A DNA stretch of 64,000 nt from Macrostomum lignano (Eukaryota): NCBI GenBank assembly GCA_002269645.1, contig NIVC01002494.1:62001-126000 (forward strand), in the 5' to 3' direction. Position numbers and translations under genes: made by a program. Below the pieces are notes generated by a model. It worked only from the letters and a program-made list of their open reading frames with translations. It made no database searches and was not told the origin of the DNA. Of this stretch, positions 1 through 11,831 are shown piece after piece (position 1 is the first letter of the stretch; each line of letters starts with the position of its first letter).

Positions 1-80
1 TTCACCAATCAATAATCTTCAGCAATCAATAATCTTCACCAATCAATAATCTTCACCAATCAATAATCTTGATCAATCAA
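1..80. repeat. 17-bp tandem repeat TTCA(C/G)CAATCAATAATC, about 4.5 copies, cut by the window edge
   Basis: Units read directly at 1, 18, 35 and 52, then a degenerate fifth unit. Confidence 0.85.
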
Positions 81-334
81 CAGCCTTTATCAAGCAACCT
101 TGGACAAGTGCAATCAGCAACAGAAGTACAGAAGCAACTAAAAAGCAAGAAGCAACTGAAAGGACCAAAAGATGTGCTAACAAATCGCCTAAGCAACTTT
201 CCGACAGACGGAACAACAAAACAACAACAGAGGCAGAAGCAACAAGCCATCAAATACAACAACAGTAAAAGTCTCCGTTTCGTCCAACGCAGTTTCAAAA
301 GCTCAGAGAGGCTGGGCGATTGGGCAGCGCCTCA

Positions 335-2347
335 TCAGCAGGTCTCCAGCAGCTGCCGTCTCTTAGCGGGCCTCATCGGGCTCCCAGCCGGGCAGCGGAA
401 CGCCCGGCCGAACTCCACGGAGTCCTTCAGCATGCCGTTCACCCGCCGGCGCGCGGTCGGGTGCTCAGCGTCGGCTTTAAACACGGCGCCCTCCGCGGCG
501 TCGGAGCCCCAGGCGCAGAAGTCCTGGGCCGCACGAACAAAAAACAGGCGCTCGGCTGCGTTGCTTGAACCGGCGCCACCGGCTGTCATGACAGCGGGCA
601 CGGCGTCCTTAGTAACGAGTGTCCGCATCCGGTAGGCCCGGTGCGCGGCCCTCAGGCCCAGCCAGTCGGCCAGGCGCTCCCATCGGGTTGCGCCGCCGTT
701 TCGACATTCGCCATTTCGTCGCTCCAGCTTGGCGTAGTTGGCCAGGGAGTGCCCGAGCTCGTGCCCCAGCTGGAGACCCAGGCCACCGTAGATGGAGAAG
801 GCCGGATAGTCGGGTCGATAGGCGGGAGACTGCAGCAAAGACAGGGGCAGCAAGATGACGCTGAACCGCTCCTGGCTTGCAGTGCTCAGAGTGTACGCAT
901 TGGCGATGAACGGGTCCATGCGCTCGATCGGGTCCTCCGCTCCCCTGCTGCAGCTCAGCAGCGAGTCCAGCCTCTGTCTAGCGCGGGATTCTAGCGCCAG
1001 GCCCAGCGCCGCGGCCTCCAGGGCGCCATTGCGGGATCGGATGACCTCCCGTGCCGACCGATCGGACAGGCCCCAGCTCTGGCGGCCGTAGCCCAGATAC
1101 ACGGGGGTTGAGTGCAGCTTCTCAGCCACGCGAGCTCGCTCCGCCGCAGAGCCGAGCGCCGGGGATTCCAGCGCGAGTTCGGCCATAGACGAGCGAATGT
1201 TGTCGGCAACGTTGGCCGCGGTGGGCAGAGCGGCCGAGGTCAGGTAGCGCTGGTGATAGAAATGCGCCACGGCGGGTCCGAGCAGCTGCGTCACCAGGTG
1301 CAGGCACTGCCGCCTGATGTACAACTGCTGGCTGTTAGAGCTGGACATGGAGCTGGGGCTGGGGCTGTCGTCAGTGTGCTGGTGCTGGTGTAGGTTGAGC
1401 AGGCTGCCCTGCAGTTCCACTACGGCATCCAGGGTGAGGAAGGCTTGCACCTGGGCGATTGGCAGTTTGCCGAGATGCTTCAGCAGAGCTTCGAGTCCCT
1501 TTAGTCGGTGATGCATCAGCTCGAACGATTCCGGAAGCTGGAGCTTCATCGTCTTGAACAGGTGACGCACGTACATCGTCCAGTTGAAGGCGGAGGCCGT
1601 GTCCAGCTCAGCCAGGGTGCTGCTTGACATCTCGCCGTCGTTTTTTGTCGGTGCCTTGGGCTCGACAGTGTCGATTAATTCGGCGACATCGACAGCCACA
1701 GCGCTGGCGACGATGGCGCTGCGCGCAGGAAAGCCGGCGCCGCGGAGCAGGCGCAGGGCGCGCCGGAGTTCAGCCGAGTTGCCGGCGTAGCCGAAGCGTC
1801 TCTGGCGGATGAAGCCGGCTCCAGAATCTCCAGTCTCCAGGCGGAACGGGCCGGTGAAGCCTGACCTGGCGTGAGCGGCCAGCAGCTGCTCGAGGCTGCC
1901 CGACTCGCGCCGGTTCCGGGCCAGCCGATGCAGCAGCGACCTCAGACTCTCGCGTTGCTTAGCAACCGAGCTCCGGTGCCAGGACCGGCAGCTGGCGAAG
2001 GTGGCGCCAACCAGCCTGGCAGCGGCCGGAGCCCCGGAATCGCCGCCGTCTGTCGCCAAGTCGGTGACCAGGCGGAACAGCCGGGCCTCAGTCTGGGCGC
2101 CCAGCTGCAGGCTGGTGTCGGTGTAGGCGGAGCCGGCCGAGCCCGGCCCGTCCAGGCCGGCGTAGTGGCCGGCCGCGCCCGCCGCCGAGCTGAAGCCGCC
2201 GCAGGCGTAGCTATAAAAATCGTAGCACGGGTCGGCGGAGCGGTTCATCTTCAGCAGCATGGCGGCGCCGTCCTCGGTGCAGGCGTCCGTGTCGCAGCAC
2301 CGGACGGCAGCGGCCGCTATGAGCAGCAACAGGGCTTGGCAGAGCAT
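335..2347 (-). CDS. Intronless M13-family zinc metallopeptidase (neprilysin/ECE-like), 670 aa, with N-terminal hydrophobic signal
   Basis: MLCQALLLLIAAAAV leader; ADPCYDFYSYACGG (M13 N-terminal motif); NAY substrate motif; HELGH zinc motif; ERLAD (ExxxD third ligand); FFVRAAQDFC; HPTARRRVNG; FRCPAGSPMRP C-terminus. Confidence 0.9.
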   Translation of the reverse strand: MLCQALLLLIAAAAVRCCDTDACTEDGAAMLLKMNRSADPCYDFYSYACGGFSSAAGAAGHYAGLDGPGSAGSAYTDTSLQLGAQTEARLFRLVTDLATDGGDSGAPAAARLVGATFASCRSWHRSSVAKQRESLRSLLHRLARNRRESGSLEQLLAAHARSGFTGPFRLETGDSGAGFIRQRRFGYAGNSAELRRALRLLRGAGFPARSAIVASAVAVDVAELIDTVEPKAPTKNDGEMSSSTLAELDTASAFNWTMYVRHLFKTMKLQLPESFELMHHRLKGLEALLKHLGKLPIAQVQAFLTLDAVVELQGSLLNLHQHQHTDDSPSPSSMSSSNSQQLYIRRQCLHLVTQLLGPAVAHFYHQRYLTSAALPTAANVADNIRSSMAELALESPALGSAAERARVAEKLHSTPVYLGYGRQSWGLSDRSAREVIRSRNGALEAAALGLALESRARQRLDSLLSCSRGAEDPIERMDPFIANAYTLSTASQERFSVILLPLSLLQSPAYRPDYPAFSIYGGLGLQLGHELGHSLANYAKLERRNGECRNGGATRWERLADWLGLRAAHRAYRMRTLVTKDAVPAVMTAGGAGSSNAAERLFFVRAAQDFCAWGSDAAEGAVFKADAEHPTARRRVNGMLKDSVEFGRAFRCPAGSPMRPAKRRQLLETC

Positions 2348-2714
2348 CGCGTTTCATAATCAGCCGGCAATGGCCTTCGGTCCCGCATTTATAAAGAAGC
2401 CCCGAGTGAAAATTGTGATTGCGGCAATTTGGAAAATTGAGGTTTTGAGAGCAGCTGGGAAAAATAATTCCTTCAGCAATTAGCGGCAATTTAGTCAGAC
2501 TTTCTCTTTTCTAGCAGCTTTTTCTTGTCAAAGAGGCACGAAGTTTGCTTATTTTTTCTTTTATCAAATAAATCAGTTTTTTGTTTTATTTCCTCAAATT
2601 GGCCGTCCTTGCTGCTCCGACAATTTTCCTGTTTACGTAATTGGCTAATTGGTCGAGTGCTACCGTGCTTTTAGCGGCTTTTTTCGTCTCCTACCTGCGC
2701 AAAGATTTTTTCGC

Positions 2715-4000
2715 GACTCCCGATTAGGCACGCCCTGACTCCCGATTAGGCACACCCTGACTCCCGATTAGGCACCACCCTGACTCCCGATTAGGCACAC
2801 CCTGACTCCCGATTAGGCACGCCCTGACTCCCGATTAGGCACGCCCTGACTCCCGATTAGGCACACCCTGACTCCCGATTAGGCACCACCCTGACTCCCG
2901 ATTAGGCACCACCCTGACTCCCGATTAGGCACCGCCCTGACTCCCGATTAGGCACCGCCCTGACTCCCGATTAGGCACACCCTGACTCCCGATTAGGCAC
3001 ACCCTGACTCCCGATTAGGCACCGCCCTGACTCCCGATTAGGCACCGCCCTGACTCCCGATTAGGCACACCCTGACTCCCGATTAGGCACACCCTGACTC
3101 CCGATTAGGCACCGCCCTGACTCCCGATTAGGCACACCCTGACTCCCGATTAGGCACCGCCCTGACTCCCGATTAGGCACACCCTGACTCCCGATTAGGC
3201 ACACCCTGACTCCCGATTAGGCACCACCCTGACTCCCGATTAGGCACACCCTGACTCCCGATTAGGCACGCCCTGACTCCCGATTAGGCACACCCTGACT
3301 CCCGATTAGGCACCACCCTGACTCCCGATTAGGCACCACCCTGACTCCCGATTAGGCACACCCTGACTCCCGATTAGGCACGCCCTGACTCCCGATTAGG
3401 CACACCCTGACTCCCGATTAGGCACCACCCTGACTCCCGATTAGGCACCACCCTGACTCCCGATTAGGCACACCCTGACTCCCGATTAGGCACGCCCTGA
3501 CTCCCGATTAGGCACACCCTGACTCCCGATTAGGCACCACCCTGACTCCCGATTAGGCACCACCCTGACTCCCGATTAGGCACACCCTGACTCCCGATTA
3601 GGCACGCCCTGACTCCCGATTAGGCACACCCTGACTCCCGATTAGGCACCACCCTGACTCCCGATTAGGCACACCCTGACTCCCGATTAGGCACGCCCTG
3701 ACTCCCGATTAGGCACACCCTGACTCCCGATTAGGCACCACCCTGACTCCCGATTAGGCACCACCCTGATTCCCGATTAGGCACCACCCTGACTCCCGAT
3801 TAGGCACACCCTGACTCCCGATTAGGCACCACCCTGACTCCCGATTAGGCACACCCTGACTCCCGATTAGGCACGCCCTGACTCCCGATTAGGCACACCC
3901 TGACTCCCGATTAGGCACCACCCTGACTCCCGATTAGGCACCACCCTGACTCCCGATTAGGCACCACCCTGACTCCCGATTAGGCACCACCCTGACTCCG
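2715..4000. repeat. 22/23-bp minisatellite CCCTGACTCCCGATTAGGCAC(A/G/CA/CG), about 57 copies
   Basis: Continuous tandem units differing only at one variable site; starts about 370 bp upstream of the M13 start codon. Confidence 0.95.
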
Positions 4001-4159
4001 GATTTGACGAGATATTTAACTAATACCAAAACATCGAATATTGGGGGTCCTCCTCAGCGACTCTGCTATGCTCAGCAACTTACGTCGTATTATTATATTT
4101 ATTATAGTTATTAGACTTAGACTTATTATATTTGCACCTCGGCACCTCGGCGGCCAGCA

Positions 4160-7130
4160 GCGGCAAGACCAAGAGAGGGCAGCGAAGCGAGCGCCGGTGA
4201 GTTGAACGTCGGCGTAAGCGAAACCGGCGAGGTCGGCAACGTGGTTCCGCCCGTCGAGCTGCTGCCTTACTTAACCAATCGGATCTTCCGGGTGGCGCCG
4301 GGGACCGTGAGGCTCACTGTCATCGAGCCCGCACAAGGCACGCTTCGGGTCGGGACGCTGAACTGCCGCACTCTCAAGGCCGCCTGGTGGAGAGGGCTGC
4401 TGCCGCAGCTAGCGCTCGACCTCAGATGCGATGTCATCTCGCTGCAAGAGGTGTCCATCAGGGCCGACCCGGGAATTCACTGTGTGGACCTAGGCGCCGG
4501 CTGGACCCTCTAGTACACGTCGGCGGACCAACGAGGCCGTGGAGGAGTTGGAGCGCTGATCGGACCGAGGCTGCAGCAGAGCTGTCGCTGCTTCGGGTCG
4601 ACGCCCGGCTTCGCGGCCGGAACGCTCGCCTGTTCTGCGCGTATGCGCCTCCTGCCACCCGACCTGACGAGGCTCAAGTCTTCTTCGAGCAGCTCTCGGC
4701 CCAGGTGGAGGAGACGGCGCAGTGTGACACAGTGGTCGTCCTCGGAGACCTGAACGCGATTTTGCGTAGGTCCGAGCGGTCGCTGTTTGTGACACCGCGC
4801 GAGAACGGAAACACCGGAGCGCTAGAAGACTTCCTGGAGAGGCAGGACATGGTGTCGGCCAACACCCGGTTCCGCAAGCCACCCGGCAGGCTCGCGACCT
4901 TCGTGGGCTGCAAGCTCGCGGAGGCAGGCACAGCTCGACCTTGTGCTTGTGCGTCTTCGTGAGCACCGCCGCGCCGTCAACTGCCGCATCATCACGCCGC
5001 TGGCTCTGCGGTCCGACCACCGGCTCCTCGTCTGCGACCTGCGTGCACGCGATCCGCTTTACGTCCGCCGAAGCGGCCACTGCGGCGCTACTACCGTGCG
5101 CTCAAGGACAGCCAGACGCGTCGCAATTTTGCTAGTGCCTTCGTCAGCGCGCTTGGCGACAGGTGCGGGTGCGCCGAGTACACGGAGGTAAGTGCCGCGC
5201 TTAGAGCCGCGGCGGAGCAAGCAGTCCCACTGATGCAACCGGCCCAACATGGACAGCCGGTCTGGCAGGACGACCCTGCGATCCGGCAAGCGAGGGCAGA
5301 GCTGGAGAGGCTCCGTCTGAGCAGGCGGCCAACTCGCGAGGCGGAGGAGGCTCTGGCGGCTGTCTACCTGCAGCGGCAACAGGGCGCTGTGGATGACGCC
5401 ATCCAGGCTGTCACCTCCGCTGGACCCGACGCTAAAGGGCGCGTGGCCTAGTCCGCCATCAATGCTCTGACCGGGCGGAAGCTGCGCATCCCGCTCAACC
5501 TTGCCGGCGACACTCCGGATGAGCGCAAAAATGAGCTGCGCAAGTTCTTCGCCGCCATCGTCAGCGCGCCGTCGCCCCCGCTGCCAAACGATCTGAGGCT
5601 GCCACCGGAGACGCCGTTGCCGGCAGAGGAGAGTTTTAATGTAGCGCCAGTCAGCACAGCCGACGTTGTGAGGCCCGCCCAACAGTCACCGAGCGGGAAA
5701 GCGCTGGGTCCGGACGAGGTGCCCATCGATGCGCTGCGACTCCACTGTGTGGCCAGCGAGGTCGCCAGTGTGATGAACCGCGTGCTTTTCGTTGAGGCGG
5801 CACCCAATGAATGGACCACGGCGCACATCGTCGCTATTCCGAAGAAACCGTGCACCACACGGCTTGAGGAGCACCGAGGTATCTGCTTTCAGTCCTGCGC
5901 TGCGAAGCTGTTCAACCGGATGCTGTTATCGCGGTTGCAGCCCGTGCTGGACCCGTACCTGCGTCCTGAACAGAACGGCTTCCGGCCCCACCGCGGCACA
6001 GTGGCGCAGATCCTGGCTCTTCGCCGAGTCATCGAGGAAGCGCGGACCCGCCAGTCGAGCTGCTCTCTTTATTGACTTCAGGAAGGCTTTCGACTCAGTC
6101 GTGAGGGCCGTGCTCCAATGGTGCTTCGTGCGTACAACGTGCCAGAGCAACTGATTTCCGCCGTCATGGCGCTGTATCACGGCACGAACGCTGCTGTGCT
6201 GACACCGGACGGCCTGTCGGATTTCTTTGAGACATCCTCTGGGGTGCTTCAGGGAGATACGCTTGCGCCGTTCCTGTTTGTCCTGGTGTTTGACTGGGTG
6301 CTGCGCGGACTGCTCTCCCTTCTAACGACGACGGCTTCCTGCTGCAGCGACGCGTGGGTCGACGCCAACCGGAAAGGCGGCTTTGCGTTTTGGGCTAGGC
6401 CGATAATCTCGCTTTGCTGTCCTCAACCGTCGAAGGCGCCCAACGCCAGCTGGACCGGCTGTTGAGCGTTGCGGCGAGTGTCAGCCTGGTGGTCAACACG
6501 CAGAAGACCGTCGTGCTCTGCGTGCCGGACGACATAGTGGCTGCTATTTTCTGCCGAGGCGCCGACTGTCAGGCGACGAAGCTTCCGTGCTGTCAGCAGT
6601 TCGTCTACTTCGGCGGTCTGGTGCCTGACGTTCGCGAGGACCTGCGACTTGCCTGGGCTGTCTTTCGTTCCGTGAGGGCTGTCCTGCAGTCCGAGGCCCT
6701 GCCCGACCGCCAGAGGACGGCGTTGTTCCAGGCGGTGATCGAGACCGTCCTGTTGTACAACGCCGAGACCTGGACACTGACGGATTCGCTCGAACAGCTG
6801 GTCGATGCGGCGCACGCTGGCCTGCTGCGCGCCGCCTTCAAGATCGGCTACGAGCGAGTCACCAATGAGGCACTCTATCGCCGAACCGGCCTGTCCCGTC
6901 CCAGCGAACTGTTGCGCCGTCGGTGACTCCAGCTGGCATGCCACATCATCTGCGCCGAGTCGTACTGCCCACAGCCGGTGCAGGAGGTGCTGCTGCTGAC
7001 GCTACAGGCACCGGGCAGGCGTGTACTCGGCGTTTCGTCGACTGCCTTTGCTGGCTGATGCCGGCGCCCCGGACACTGCCGGCGGCGCGGCCTACGTTCG
7101 CGCCCAGGCCTTGAAACGCGCCTTGTGACG
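4160..7130 (+). mobile_element. Decayed non-LTR retrotransposon (APE endonuclease + RT, RTE-like); stops and frameshifts
   Basis: Endonuclease motifs VGTLNCRTL, DVISLQE, VLGDLNA, SDHRLL; RT motifs GKALGPDEVP, WTTAHIVAIPKK, EQNGFRPHRG, FIDFRKAFDSV, GVLQGDTLAPFLF; RTE-type LLYNAETWTLT. In-frame TAG at 4511 and 5449, several frameshifts, YADD box degraded. Element ends approximate. Confidence 0.85.
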
Positions 7131-7552
7131 CTGTCTGCTAACTGACTGACATCGTATTTTGTTTCTGTTGTTGTTCAGCAACAGCCAACTCCTAATCCTG
7201 ACTCAAGCTGCCACGCGGACAGGTAAAGCAGTGTGGCCGGTGACTCAACTGCCCCAAGAGTTGTTCATCTACCTGTAGAGGGTCCTGGCCTGCATCTTAA
7301 ATGAGTTCTACTTGCATGCAGAAGTTCTGTAATGACAACAGTAGCGAACTAATGAAATGCTATATAATAGCAGCTATACGCTTAAGAGTATTTTCTATGC
7401 GTCACTGCCTACTCATTGTATATGGTAGTAGTTAGTTCTGAACATCCTTCACGAATTTTACCTAATACGAGTAGCTTACGAGCTATAGAATCACAGACTG
7501 AATGCCGAAGTCCTGCAAAACCTTGCAACCAATTTGTAGTCCAGTCAGTCCA

Positions 7553-8185
<633 letters not shown>

Positions 8186-9952
8186 CATCCGCTTGCCCCC
8201 TATATACCGCAGCTATTAATCTCTCGTGCTTTCCTAACTTTTTTGCGGCTAATTTTGGGACCATGGAGAATTGATGAAGCGGCAAAGAGCAGACGGAGCA
8301 GTTGCGGAGGCTGAAGGCTCGAAGCTCGACCTCGGGGATCAGGTGGCATCGTCTTATTGTTGTAATTAACAAGTTGCGCTTTCCTTTGCTCTGTCTCTCT
8401 CTCTCTCTCTCTCTTCGGTCGCATGGTGCCCTCGGTGGCAAGTGGGTGGCTGTGGGTGCGGCCACGGCAGGCTTCGGGGAGTGAAACCAGATAGGATTTC
8501 AACTCGCTCAGGCATTCGAGTCGGGGGGGGGGGGAGCAGGAGGCGAAGGCTGCTCAGCGATTGCCGCGGCGTATTGGAGAGAAACTGAGAATCGCAAGGG
8601 GAGAAGGGTTAGAAGGGAAACTGACGCATTGGTGGGAAGATGGGGGAATGGGATCATTTAGCGGGATTGGGGAGATGGAAGGAAGGAGATGCCTCCCCCG
8701 CCCAGCAGAGCCAGCTAGTGGCTTTGAGGCTGAAGGCCTATCACTTACTAAGACGGATCGGGTTACCGGAGGGGCAGACATGTTGTGTAAGGGAGAAGGG
8801 GGGCAGGGCGGGGCTGTTCAGAGAGAGAGAGGGACGCCCATTGGCCCAGAACTTCACCGTAGGCCACCGCTGGTGTGTGGATATATGCTGTGCTGGGGCA
8901 GGCGACGGACAGCTAACGGACAAGAGGAATCAAATCGACATCGACCAGCCTTGTCTGTTCGGCAGTTTATTGCAAAATTATCTCAATCGGTGAGTTTGTT
9001 TTACTCTATGGAATAAATAGTTTTCTAATATAAATATCTCTTCTGGAAGCGTGGAGCAAACAATTCGTGCAAAAGATACCGGTAACTCCCTTCATCCAAA
9101 GTCCCTGGGTCCGGGTTCTGAAAACTGTGGCCTTGTCATGCGCGAAGGCCAACCCAACAAGGTAGAAATGATGAGAAAGTCAGGTGTTACATCCGTGTTC
9201 TCGGCTACGCCCCAAGTAAGAATATTCATGTTTCCATGCAGACACCTAACTAGAGAATTAATCGAGACATGACACAGTATACTCTCCCACGCATTTTGAC
9301 ACCCGTGTTTAGTTTAGAATACAGAAGCCAGTAAAACTGGCACACGAGAATACATATATAATGCACAAGAGGTTGTGCTGTTACTCTGTCTGTCGGCATA
9401 GTTCCCACCACCTGTAACCAGCATTATTGCTATTCTCAAGCTTAATATAAGATAGACTATAAAATTTGGAAAGCGAGAGTGAGTGTCAGAGCCGGCCACA
9501 CTGCTAACACCCTGTCTCTCCCTCTCTCGGAAGCTCGCCAGTGTCGGATAGCGTCCAACGGGGCCCCCCTCCGTAGACGAGTGCGCTGAGCTGAACCCGT
9601 CCGTGAGTGAGCCAACACCGGCTTCTCAGATTACGCTGCACCCCACCCTCCGCCCTCCTATTCCACTTAATTTCTAGGGGGCCGAACCTGACACCGAGAC
9701 CCGGAGAGGGGAGGGCGGCAGCAACCTTTCTCTAGTCCTTGCCCCCCTCTACTCCAGCCACCTCTTTACTGCCTTAGCTTGTATTTGCTGTGTAACGCAA
9801 TCCGCTCAAGCCCCAACCCTCTCAGCCGTGCCCTTGCTCCCTGTCATTCCCTAGGCATATTGGGTGTCTCGATTCTCTTAGTTCTAGTTTCCTTAAAAGC
9901 GTTCGGAGCACCCGAAACCTTCAAGTCTTCGGCTGCAGTGAACAAGGAGGCC

Positions 9953-10400
9953 GAGAGGATGTCAGCACTGGATTGTGCAGTGTAGGGCTGCTCAGGCACA
10001 CACCAGAGTGGTCTGAGGATGTCAGCACTGGATTGTGCAGTGTAGGGCTGCTCAGACACACACCAGAGTGGTCTGAGGACGTCAGCACTGGATTGTGCAG
10101 TGTAGGGCTGCTCAGGCACACACCAGAGTGGTCTGAGGATGTCAGCACTGGATTGTGCAGTGTAGGGCTGCTCAGGCACACACCAGAGTGGTCTGAGGAT
10201 GTCAGCACTGGATTGTGCAGTGTAGGGCTGCTCAGGCACACACCAGAGTGGTCTGAGGATGTCAGCACTGGATTGTGCAGTGTAGGGCTGCTCAGGCACA
10301 CACCAGAGTGGTCTGAGGATGTCAGCACTGGATTGTGCAGTGTAGGGCTGCTCAGGCACACACCAGAGTGGTCTGAGGACGTCAGCACTGGATTGTGCTT
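9953..10400. repeat. 60-bp tandem repeat, about 7.5 near-identical copies
   Basis: Unit GTCAGCACTGGATTGTGCAGTGTAGGGCTGCTCAGGCACACACCAGAGTGGTCTGAGGAT recurs in register at 9961, 10021 ... 10381. Confidence 0.97.
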
Positions 10401-11831
10401 GAACACTTAGCCAGGAGTCTGCATCAGCATAGAAGACATCCAATACGGTAGATATGGTGCACAGATGCACCCTTAGATGCAGCATTTACAGTAACCTTAT
10501 ACTACGAGATCTCTGAGATATCTAAATAGTTAAACCAATTTTAAAACAGACGATCCTTGTTATCAAGGTTCGAATGGGCCCATAGACTGGAAAGACACTG
10601 CTAGAGCGAGAGAGAGAGAGAGAGAGAGGGAGAGAGAAAGAGAGAGAGATGGAAAGAGAAGAGGCAGGCCAGGGTCAGGTAACACCTCATGTGCGGTCTT
10701 TGAAGGATCTCTCAGATTACGGGGCGCCGCTGCTTCAACACCCCTCTGACAGCAACTATATAGGACTTCTCCTCCACCCTTCAGCCCCTCTTCTCTCGCT
10801 TTTGTTTTCCTTGGGTTCTCCAGTTTCCTGGGGGGGGGGGTGCCGCCCTCCCCGGTACCTCCGTTCCGTTCGCAGCGAACTCGGGGAGGGCCGGCGGGGG
10901 CTGGGAAACCCGATACGGCGAGGAGAAAGCTGAGACGGGCGGGCTGTAGGGGAGGCAGCAGTGCAGACAGCAGTGGCGAAGGCAGCTTTCACCCGGCCGA
11001 GAGAGCGGGGAGCAGAGTATTGCGTGTCAGGGAGCGGCGACCGACCAGCCCGTGGCACTGGGAATAAACTTCCTATTTTCTTCTATGCAACTTTTTTCAA
11101 CTGAGATTTTCGAATAGCGCAAAGCCAAGAGAAATGAACTAGCGAAAAAAGTTAGTAGTTGCAAGAAATTGCACAAATTATCCCCGGGAAAATTGGCGAA
11201 ATTGCTGGCAAAACTGCTTGCGAGCCTGTGGACACAGCCCAATTAGGGGCTGATGCAGAAGGATATTGAATTACGCGAAGCGATTGCGCACTCATCCGTT
11301 GCCTCGGAGGTAGCGCGTGAGTTTTTTATCCCAAATCTTCCGTCTCCTCTGGACCGCTAACTGTGCGCAATTATTGCTAAGCGGGGCTCGAATAACTGCA
11401 GAAAATCTTCTTCTACAAAAAGCAACCGGCCGCCTCTGCTTTTCCAACCAGATCCGGAAAAAATGGACCAGCAAAAGTGATTATAAGTCGGGAACTCGCC
11501 CAGCTACCTGCTTTGAAGATTCCGCGTCTGCAAGTTATTCGATCCGTTAAACAGCCTCTCTTTTTGCGCCTTGCCGCGACGCCAGAGCACAGGCAAAGGC
11601 AAAGGCGGAATGGGGGTGGAACTGGCGAAAGCAATTGTCAATAAAAATTGGTCCCGGGACTTTCATCCTCATCCGTTAGTTGGAATCCACGACTTTCGGA
11701 GGAGGGGCGGGTGGAGGATCGAGCCAGATAAATAAGCGGCTGGCTGGAGCGGACAACAGTCAAATCTTCACCGCGGCCAACCTCCCCCGATTTCACTTCT
11801 CCAGACAGCCTTCGAGCACGCCAAGGTTGCA

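Noticed and set aside
2715-4000. TTAGGC (nematode-type telomere word) in this array; TTAGGG in the 30030-30575 array and at 29348
   Set aside because: Single words embedded in longer units, never tandem (TTAGGN)n; not interstitial telomere.
8240-11070. Possible transposon or gene remnants among GC-rich patches and short ORFs between the microsatellite and SOBP
   Set aside because: No recognisable protein motif, terminal repeat or TSD by eye.
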